This document shows, piece by piece, positions 57,657 through 64,000 of a stretch of DNA of 64,000 nucleotides. Location: the NCBI GenBank assembly GCA_044426345.1, contig JAWXUP010000002.1:32017-96016 (forward strand). Reading direction: 5' to 3'. The notes under the pieces were generated by a model, which was given only the letters and a program-made list of their open reading frames with translations, was not told where the DNA came from and searched no databases. Position 1 is the first letter of the stretch. Every line of letters begins with the position of its first letter. A program made the translations under genes and the position numbers. This DNA is from Clostridia bacterium (GTDB taxonomy: Bacteria; Bacillota; Clostridia; Oscillospirales; Butyricicoccaceae).

Positions 57657-58688
57657 CTAAATTTTCCTGCCTTCAACAAAGTTTTTTCCAATAATCAAAA
57701 TAAATGGACATATAATAGCACCGACTACGCCTAGTATTTTTGCTGATAAAATCATACAAATGATGGTTAGAAGAGGACTGACACCTATTTTGTTTGATAA
57801 AATTTTAGGTTCTACTATGTTTCGAATAATAACACACACGGTGTAAAGTATCAGTAAATTAAATGATTTTAGTGTATTTCCAATAAAAAACTCGAAAACT
57901 AAGTACGGAATTAGTATAAAACCTATGCCAACGCAAGGAAGTGTGTCAAAAAGAGATACAAACAAAGCAAATTTTAATGAATTTTCAATTCCGATGAGCA
58001 AAAAACCAACGGTCAGTAACGCGGTGTTAATTGTAAAAATTACAAATGAGGAGAATATGAGGGTATTTAGGGTACTAAAAAAGCTGTTTTTTATTTGAAT
58101 TACGATAGCAAAACGAGGGTTTGACAGTAGTTTTTGAAAAAAATCGTACTCTATTAGAAAAAATATGCTTGAAAGTATTACTAGAACTAAATTTAAAAAT
58201 ATATTCGGTAGAGTTTTTACTATATTTGATAGGATTTTAGCGATAAATAATGAAAAATTCGCACATAAACTTGCTATTTGCGAAGAAAAAAACTCTAATG
58301 CGTGTAAAAAATAGCTTTTGAAGGTAGGATTTATAAAAAAGTAGGAGAATTGAGACTGCCATTTAGCGAAGTCATAATTTGAAAAATTTTGATATGTTGG
58401 AGATAACTTAAAATATAGTTCTTTAATGTCAAAGGTAAGATTTGTTAAAAATACAGTGAAAAAAGTAAAAATTATAGCATAAAAAGTGCAAATGGATATG
58501 ATATTAGCTGTAAATACTCCTAAATTTAGAGATTTTTGCAAAAAAGTAGATACAGTTCGTAAAATAATAGCGATAATTACACCTATACAAAGAGGTAGAA
58601 TCTTTATAAAAATATATTTCGAGAATACAAAAATTAAAAAACAAATCAGAAAATAGTATAAACAATTTATGATAAAATCCTTTTTCAT
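57657..58688 (-). CDS. ytvI: AI-2E/PerM-family permease (YtvI-like sporulation integral membrane protein)
   Basis: 343-aa polytopic protein with a C-terminal pattern (VEPKILSNKIGVSPLLT) typical of the family. Confidence 0.7.
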   Translation of the reverse strand: MKKDFIINCLYYFLICFLIFVFSKYIFIKILPLCIGVIIAIILRTVSTFLQKSLNLGVFTANIISICTFYAIIFTFFTVFLTNLTFDIKELYFKLSPTYQNFSNYDFAKWQSQFSYFFINPTFKSYFLHALEFFSSQIASLCANFSLFIAKILSNIVKTLPNIFLNLVLVILSSIFFLIEYDFFQKLLSNPRFAIVIQIKNSFFSTLNTLIFSSFVIFTINTALLTVGFLLIGIENSLKFALFVSLFDTLPCVGIGFILIPYLVFEFFIGNTLKSFNLLILYTVCVIIRNIVEPKILSNKIGVSPLLTIICMILSAKILGVVGAIICPFILIIGKNFVEGRKI

Positions 58689-58789
58689 AACTTCACCTCA
58701 ATAATTTATATGAAAATTTTGTATTTTTTATTGATAAATTTTACTTTGTATGATAAAATAATAATATCTATATGAAGGAGAAATACACT

Positions 58790-59161
58790 ATGTTATATCA
58801 ATCAGGTGAAGACTACTTAGAAACTATTTTGCTTTTGCAAAATGAAAAAGGCTATGTTCGTTCTATTGACATCGCAACGAAATTAGGGTTTAGTAAGCCA
58901 AGTATTTCTCGTGCAATGAGCAATCTTAAAAAAGAAGAATACATCGAAATGGATGTAAAAGGATACATAACTTTCACAGAAAAAGGCTTAGCTATGGCCT
59001 CTAAAATTTATAACAGACATAAAATTATAACCGAATTTTTAATGGTTACGCTTGATGTTTCCCATGAAATTGCAGAAGAAGATGCTTGTAAAATTGAGCA
59101 TGTTATTAGCCACGAGGCTTTTATGAAAATGCAAGAATTTTTGAAAAATAAAAAACAATAA
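58790..59161 (+). CDS. mntR: DtxR/MntR-family metal-dependent transcriptional regulator
   Basis: SGEDYLETILLL...VRSIDIATKLGFSKPSISRAMSNL; AAGGAG RBS 9 nt before ATG 58790. Confidence 0.85.
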   Translation: MLYQSGEDYLETILLLQNEKGYVRSIDIATKLGFSKPSISRAMSNLKKEEYIEMDVKGYITFTEKGLAMASKIYNRHKIITEFLMVTLDVSHEIAEEDACKIEHVISHEAFMKMQEFLKNKKQ

Positions 59162-59189
59162 AAAAATTAAAAAACTTTTGAAAAAGCCA

Positions 59190-59218
59190 TTGACAAAAAA
59201 GTCGATGGCTGTTATAAT
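59190..59218 (+). promoter_or_regulatory. Consensus sigma-A promoter driving a structured leader
   Basis: TTGACA-17 nt-TATAAT. Confidence 0.65.
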
Positions 59219-59281
59219 AAACACAGTTAGTTGAGGCTAACCAACGTTGCAAAACGTTAACCCTCTTTATAAATCGCTTTT

Positions 59282-59312
59282 AAGCACCGACTTTTTATAG
59301 TGGGTGCTTTTT
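59282..59312 (+). terminator. Leader terminator upstream of the DUF3343/cysteine-desulfurase pair
   Basis: AAGCACCGAC-loop-GTGGGTGCTT followed by TTTT, about 60 nt before the start codon. Confidence 0.6.
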
Positions 59313-59372
59313 AGTACCCTTTTTTCGGAAATACATATAATAAATGTATAGAAAAAAATAAGAGGAGGGCGT

Positions 59373-59633
59373 ATGGGAAAAATTTTTATTGTGTGTAAAT
59401 CTATAACGAGCGCACAAAAAATTATGAATATAGTTACAAAAAACGGTTTTTGGGCAAATATTTTACGCACACCAAGTGAAATTAGACTAAAAAGTTGTTC
59501 ATATAGCGTTGTTTTTTACGAAAAAGACCTGCAAGGCATTATCAATACCTTAAAAAGCAGAAATTATCCGATTTTAAGCCTCTATATAAAAAACGATGGG
59601 TTTTATCAAAAAATGGAAGGTGATTTTGAATGA
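59373..59633 (+). CDS. DUF3343 small protein (putative S/Se carrier-like)
   Basis: 86 aa; AGGAGGG RBS; ATGA overlap with the downstream desulfurase. Family call is by pattern (IFIVCKSITSAQK...CSYSV). Confidence 0.6.
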   Translation: MGKIFIVCKSITSAQKIMNIVTKNGFWANILRTPSEIRLKSCSYSVVFYEKDLQGIINTLKSRNYPILSLYIKNDGFYQKMEGDFE

Positions 59634-60748
59634 TTTACTTTGATAATGCAGCTACTACATTAATAAAGCCTAAAAAGGTTTATGAACAAATGAATTTTTT
59701 GCTTAAAAATTGCGCAAATGCAGGTCGCTCTGGACATAAACCGAGTATGAAAAGCTCGGAAGTGATTTTCGATACACGTCAAAGTATATGCAAATTATTA
59801 AACTTCGACAAACCAGAAAATGTAATTTTTACGTATAATGCAACATATGCGCTTAATCTTGCAATAAAAAGTATGATTTATGAAAAATGCAAGGTTTTAA
59901 CGTCTAGTTTTGAGCATAATAGTACGATAAGACCACTTATGGCTATGGAGAATGTAGAAGTTGTGGTAGTTGAAAGTCCACTATATCAAAGTGAAGAATT
60001 TATAGAAAAATTTGAAAAAAGTATAACAGAAGATGTGAAATTTGCAGTAATTAATCACGTATCTAATGTTTTTGGATATATTTTACCTGTAAAACAGATT
60101 GATGAAATATGCTATAAAAATGGCATCAAATTAATACTAGATGCATCGCAGTCAGCTGGAATTTTGGATATAGATTTGCAAGAATTTAAAAGTTTAGTGG
60201 CAATCTGTATGCCGTCGCATAAAAGTTTGTATGGTGTTATGGGTGTTGGTATATTAGTGATGGTAGAGCAAGCTCAGAGAAGTGTTATAGAAGGTGGTAC
60301 AGGTAGTTTATCTTACAGTATGTATCAGCCTGATTTTCTTCCAGATATGTTAGAGTCTGGCACGCCAAACGCACCAGCTATAGGCAGTTTGAAGTGTGGC
60401 ATTGAATATGTAATGCAAAGTGAAAATATTACTAACAAATTGTTTAATCTTGCCAGATATATTGCATTAGAACTTGGAAAATGTTCGGATACGAAAGTTT
60501 TCTTTTGCGATGATATTAATGTGCAAAGCGGAGTTATTTCTTTCTATAATGAAATAATAGATAACGAAGAACTTTCTATGAGATTTGCTGATGTTTCAAT
60601 TTGCACGCGAGCAGGATATCATTGTTCGCCTCTGGCACATAAATCTGCAAAAACAGATGGTACGGTGCGTATAAGTTTTAGTACGTTCAATAATTTTTAT
60701 GAAGTTGAAAAATTTATAGATATTTATAGGAAAATTTTGAAAATATAA
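59630..60748 (+). CDS. Class V aminotransferase-fold cysteine desulfurase family protein (SufS/CsdA-like group II)
   Basis: PLP-lysine context MPSHKSLYG and active-site Cys loop TRAGYHCSP. Confidence 0.8.
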   Translation: MIYFDNAATTLIKPKKVYEQMNFLLKNCANAGRSGHKPSMKSSEVIFDTRQSICKLLNFDKPENVIFTYNATYALNLAIKSMIYEKCKVLTSSFEHNSTIRPLMAMENVEVVVVESPLYQSEEFIEKFEKSITEDVKFAVINHVSNVFGYILPVKQIDEICYKNGIKLILDASQSAGILDIDLQEFKSLVAICMPSHKSLYGVMGVGILVMVEQAQRSVIEGGTGSLSYSMYQPDFLPDMLESGTPNAPAIGSLKCGIEYVMQSENITNKLFNLARYIALELGKCSDTKVFFCDDINVQSGVISFYNEIIDNEELSMRFADVSICTRAGYHCSPLAHKSAKTDGTVRISFSTFNNFYEVEKFIDIYRKILKI

Positions 60749-60772
60749 ACGCAAATACCCCAAAAGTGTGAA

Positions 60773-60805
60773 ATAAGTAAAAAATAAGTAAAAAATAAGT
60801 AAAAA
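60773..60805 (+). repeat. Three tandem 11-bp AT-rich repeats (ATAAGTAAAAA)
   Basis: Copies start at 60773, 60784 and 60795. Confidence 0.85.
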
Positions 60806-60834
60806 TAGCTGGTAATAGCACGGAAATATTGAAT

Positions 60835-60864
60835 TAATCCACAATGTCCACAGCTTAATCCACA
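60835..60864 (+). promoter_or_regulatory. Cluster of three same-orientation DnaA-box-like 9-mers
   Basis: TAATCCACA (60835), ATGTCCACA (60844) and TAATCCACA (60856), against the consensus TTATCCACA. Confidence 0.45.
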
Positions 60865-60926
60865 GATGTTGTGTATCTTGTGGAAGGGCAAAATCATATT
60901 TTATGTAACAAAAGTGTAAAAATATG

Positions 60927-60954
60927 CTCCTGAATTAAATTTAGGAGTTTTTTT
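60927..60954 (+). terminator. Rho-independent terminator
   Basis: CTCCTGAA-TTAAA-TTTAGGAG followed by TTTTTTT. Confidence 0.75.
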
Positions 60955-61012
60955 ACTTGAAAAATTTTCAAAAAAGGTATATTATAATAGTAATGGAAAA
61001 AGAGGTGAAACA

Positions 61013-61501
61013 ATGATAAATATCGTGCTACACGAGCCAGAAATTCCACAAAACACAGGAAACATTGCAAGAACGTGTGCTGCAACTGGTGCAAACTTGC
61101 ATTTAATAGAACCACTAGGGTTTGATATTTCTGAAAAATCGGTAAAGAGAGCCGGTTTAGACTATTGGAATTTGGTTAATATATTCGTATATAAAAATAT
61201 CGAGGAATTTTTTGAAAAAAACGCAGGTGGAAATTTCTATTTCGGAACAACTAAAGCAAAAAAAACATATGCTGAAATGGAATATAAAGAGCCTACATAT
61301 TTAATTTTCGGCAAAGAAACAAAAGGTCTTCCAGAAGATTTAATTGAACAGCACTTAGATACTTCAATTAGAATTCCTATGGTATCATCGGCGAGAAGCC
61401 TTAATTTGTCAAATGCTGTAGCGGTCGTATTGTACGAGGCGTTAAAGCAAAACGATTTTGAACTGTTGCAAACGCAAGGTTCACTTACAAAAGGAGATTA
61501 G
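61013..61501 (+). CDS. trmL: tRNA (cytidine/uridine-2'-O-)-methyltransferase TrmL (SpoU family)
   Basis: IVLHEPEIPQNTGNIARTCAATG and a C-terminal knot region (SLNLSNAVAVVLYE). Confidence 0.9.
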   Translation: MINIVLHEPEIPQNTGNIARTCAATGANLHLIEPLGFDISEKSVKRAGLDYWNLVNIFVYKNIEEFFEKNAGGNFYFGTTKAKKTYAEMEYKEPTYLIFGKETKGLPEDLIEQHLDTSIRIPMVSSARSLNLSNAVAVVLYEALKQNDFELLQTQGSLTKGD

Positions 61502-61502
61502 A

Positions 61503-62360
61503 ATGATAAAAATTGTTACTGATTCAGCAGGGGATATATCCAAGGAGAAAGTGCAGGCACACGACATTGAAATTTTGCCTGTACTCATTACGCACAAAGA
61601 CAAAACTTTTCGCGAATTTTATGATATAACAACTCTTGAATATTACGATTTATTACTATCTAGCGAAGAAATCCCGAAAACATCACAGGTTTCTATTGAA
61701 GCTTTTATGCAATGCTTTAAAAAAGCAAAAGAAAATGGAATCAAACAACTACTATATATATCTATAAACGGTAACGGTAGTGGTACTTTCCAAACTGCAA
61801 ATATAACTCGTGATATGTTCTATGAAGAATGTGGACGAGATATGCAAATTGAGATTTTAGACTCAGAAACATATTCATATATATATGGAGAAGTTGTTGT
61901 AAATTGTGCGATAAAAGTAAAAGAGGGTAAGACTTTTGAAGAAATTATCGAGTTTGCAAAAAAAGAAATTGCTTCATGCGAGGCATATCTTGGAGTTTTC
62001 GACTTGAAATATCTTAAAAAAAGCGGTAGAATTTCTGGTGGAGCGGCATTTGTTGGCGAGGCTTTAGGTCTTCGTCCGATATCTTATGTCGGAAAAGGTG
62101 AAGTTACTGTGTGCGAAAAAGTTCGTGGTGACCTTAATGTTTACAAAAAACTCGCATCTAAAGCTAAGGAAAACTGCACAAATCCAGAACAAAAAATTGG
62201 TTATATTGCACACGGAATTTGCGATGAAGAACATTTAGATTTTTTAGAAAATGAACTTTTGAATACTGTAGGATTTAAAAAAGTTGAGAGAGTTTTGCTT
62301 GGAGCGGCTATTACAACTAACGCAGGACCAAAATCGGTCGCTGTATTTTATCATAAATAA
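61503..62360 (+). CDS. degV: DegV-family fatty-acid-binding protein
   Basis: AAGGAG RBS then ATG 61503; MIKIVTDSAGD N-terminus; 285 aa. Confidence 0.88.
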   Translation: MIKIVTDSAGDISKEKVQAHDIEILPVLITHKDKTFREFYDITTLEYYDLLLSSEEIPKTSQVSIEAFMQCFKKAKENGIKQLLYISINGNGSGTFQTANITRDMFYEECGRDMQIEILDSETYSYIYGEVVVNCAIKVKEGKTFEEIIEFAKKEIASCEAYLGVFDLKYLKKSGRISGGAAFVGEALGLRPISYVGKGEVTVCEKVRGDLNVYKKLASKAKENCTNPEQKIGYIAHGICDEEHLDFLENELLNTVGFKKVERVLLGAAITTNAGPKSVAVFYHK

Positions 62361-62431
62361 CAAAAAATCAACTTGCATACGATGAAAAATTGCTCAATAT
62401 ACATATAATTATATTTTTTTATATATTTATC

Positions 62432-62460
62432 TTGAAAAAAAGTTACATAATGTGTATAAT
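62432..62460 (+). promoter_or_regulatory. Sigma-A promoter of pgk
   Basis: TTGAAA-17 nt-TATAAT with a TG extended -10. Confidence 0.65.
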
Positions 62461-62498
62461 ATAGTTAATTGATAAATTTTAAACAAACGGAGGCTATT

Positions 62499-63707
62499 AT
62501 GACTTATAACAAAAAAAGCGTAGAAGACATTGACGTAAAAGGTAAAAAAATTATTGCACGTTGTGATTTCAACGTACCACAAGATGCCGATCTTAACATC
62601 ACAGATGATAAAAGAATCACAGCATCTCTTCCAACAATTAAATATTTAATCGAACAAGGTGCAGCTGTTGTACTATGTTCACACTTAGGTCGTCCAAAAG
62701 GCGAAGCTAATCCAAAATATTCTTTAGCACCTGTTGCAAAAAGATTATCAGAACTTCTAGGACAAGAAGTAGCTCTAGCTGCTGACGTTATTGGCGAAGA
62801 TGCTAAAGCAAAAGCTGCGGCACTAAAAGCAGGCGAAGTTATGTTACTTGAAAACGTTCGTTTCCACAAAGAAGAAGATGGCAAAGATGAAGTTGCTAAA
62901 GAAGCTTATGCAAAAGAACTTGCAGCTTTAGTTGGCGAAGATGGTATCTATGTAAACGATGCTTTCGGTACTGCTCACCGTTCTCACGCATCTACTGCTG
63001 TATTATCTAAATTCTTACCAGCTGTTTGTGGTAAATTAATTCAAAAAGAACTTGAAATTATGGGTGGCGCTTTAGAAGCTCCAGTTCGTCCATTCGTTTC
63101 AATCTTAGGTGGCGCTAAAGTTTCAGACAAAATCGGCGTTATCACAAATCTTATAGAAAAATGTGACACAATCGTTATCGGTGGTGCTATGGCTTATACT
63201 TTCGCAAAAGCTGCTGGTGCTGAAATCGGTAAATCTCGTTGTGAAGAAGATAAATTAGATCTTGCAAAATCAATCGTAGAAAAAGCTCAAGCTAAAGGCG
63301 TTAAATTATTACTTCCTGTAGACTCTGCTTGTGCTGCTGACTTTGCAGACGTTGCTCCTACAATGTGCGAAACTAATGCAATCCCAGCAGAATTAATGGG
63401 CCTTGATATCGGACCAAAAGCTATTGCTGAATACTGTCAAGCTGTTGCAGATGCTGGTACTGTTGTATGGAACGGACCTATGGGCGTTTTCGAATTCGAA
63501 AACTACGCTGCAGGTACAAAATCAGTTGCTGAAGCTATCGCAAACTCAAATGCTATTTCAATCATCGGTGGTGGTGACTCTGCTGCAGCTGTTGAAATCT
63601 TAGGTTTTGCTGATAAAATGACTCACATCTCAACTGGTGGTGGTGCATCTTTAGAATTCTTAGAAGGCTTAGAACTTCCAGGTATTGCTTGTCTACTTGA
63701 CAAATAA
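62499..63707 (+). CDS. pgk: Phosphoglycerate kinase
   Basis: GGAGG RBS then ATG 62499; [15 protein letters not shown] and GGGDS motifs. Confidence 0.97.
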   Translation: MTYNKKSVEDIDVKGKKIIARCDFNVPQDADLNITDDKRITASLPTIKYLIEQGAAVVLCSHLGRPKGEANPKYSLAPVAKRLSELLGQEVALAADVIGEDAKAKAAALKAGEVMLLENVRFHKEEDGKDEVAKEAYAKELAALVGEDGIYVNDAFGTAHRSHASTAVLSKFLPAVCGKLIQKELEIMGGALEAPVRPFVSILGGAKVSDKIGVITNLIEKCDTIVIGGAMAYTFAKAAGAEIGKSRCEEDKLDLAKSIVEKAQAKGVKLLLPVDSACAADFADVAPTMCETNAIPAELMGLDIGPKAIAEYCQAVADAGTVVWNGPMGVFEFENYAAGTKSVAEAIANSNAISIIGGGDSAAAVEILGFADKMTHISTGGGASLEFLEGLELPGIACLLDK

Positions 63708-63737
63708 GTAAAAAGTGTTAAAAATAAGTAAAAAAGG

Positions 63738-63766
63738 TTGAAATATGCCTTTGAAAATGTTATAAT
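63738..63766 (+). promoter_or_regulatory. Sigma-A promoter of tpiA
   Basis: TTGAAA-17 nt-TATAAT with a TG extended -10. Confidence 0.6.
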
Positions 63767-63810
63767 ATATAAAGATTTATAGATAATCTTGATGATAAAG
63801 GATGAAAATT

Positions 63811-64000
63811 ATGAATACTAGATACCGCAAAACTATTATTGCCGGAAACTGGAAAATGAATAAAACTCCTGCTGAGGCAAAATTATTAATCGAAGAATTA
63901 AAAGTAACAGTTGGCAAAGTGAAATTTTGCGATGTTGTTTTATGTGTACCTTTTGTTGACATCCATGCAGCTGTTAAAGCAACTCGTGGAACAAAAATAG
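63811..64000 (+). CDS. tpiA: Triosephosphate isomerase, N-terminal part (runs off the window)
   Basis: MNTRYRKTIIAGNWKMNKT... carries the AGNWKMN signature; the frame is still open at 64000. Confidence 0.9.
   Translation, partial: MNTRYRKTIIAGNWKMNKTPAEAKLLIEELKVTVGKVKFCDVVLCVPFVDIHAAVKATRGTKI

Noticed and set aside
59219-59312. A preQ1-I or other known riboswitch class, suggested by CCCTCTTTATAAA after a hairpin.
   Set aside because: The P1 pairing (only GAGG/CCTC), the loop and the A-rich tail do not fit the preQ1-I consensus, and the gene context is unrelated to queuosine. It is left as an unassigned leader.
60773-60864. The chromosomal replication origin (oriC).
   Set aside because: There are only three reasonable DnaA boxes and no dnaA, dnaN or rpmH neighbourhood. 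The block sits inside a transcription unit's 3' region. It is kept as a DnaA-box-cluster finding, not as oriC.
1-64000. A prophage, integrative element, defence island or biosynthetic gene cluster.
   Set aside because: No integrase, recombinase, transposase, capsid, terminase, restriction, toxin or cas-like ORF was recognisable on either strand. Apart from a few family-level or hypothetical ORFs, gene content is housekeeping.

Overview
This 64-kb window is chromosomal DNA from an AT-rich, endospore-forming Firmicute, Clostridia-like. That assignment rests on the sporulation genes yqfC, yqfD, ylbJ and ytvI and on Gram-positive-style era-yqzL-recO and rimP-nusA-ylxR-ylxQ-infB-rbfA-nrnA-truB-ribF clusters. 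Almost all coding capacity is core metabolism and housekeeping: sugar-acid catabolism including a glucarate dehydratase operon, an orphan MsmK-type ABC ATPase, a Crh-like HPr paralog, mutS2 and recO. It also holds trpS, tagO/mnaA, putP, a nitrogen island (type III GS, Amt-PII fusion, type I GS, ANTAR regulator), pyrG, dapL, a two-component system, mntR, a DUF3343/cysteine-desulfurase pair, trmL, degV and pgk-tpiA. I found no rRNA, tRNA, cas, phage, integrase or transposase genes. The most unusual content is non-coding. At 8 or more intergenic loci (about 2.3 kb in total) sit GC-rich hairpin repeats with an invariant GTAGGG head. They form inverted doublets, mosaic arrays and tandem duplications (140-bp x4, about 192-bp x2, about 202-bp x2), some inside otherwise compact operons, plus a second roughly 108-nt multi-hairpin GGGAG/CTCCC element. 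They look like a REP/REPIN/BIME-type system whose mobilising enzyme is not in the window. Secondary leads are RNA-level control signatures around the nitrogen genes (twin hairpins with identical loops, leader terminators, a pseudo-receiver ANTAR protein), a hybrid glucarate operon with a LarA-like gene, a His15-less HPr, a tailed YlxQ, and a DnaA-box-like cluster next to 11-bp AT-rich tandem repeats. All calls come from reading the sequence and ORF translations. No database search was run, and hairpin and promoter coordinates were derived by hand.
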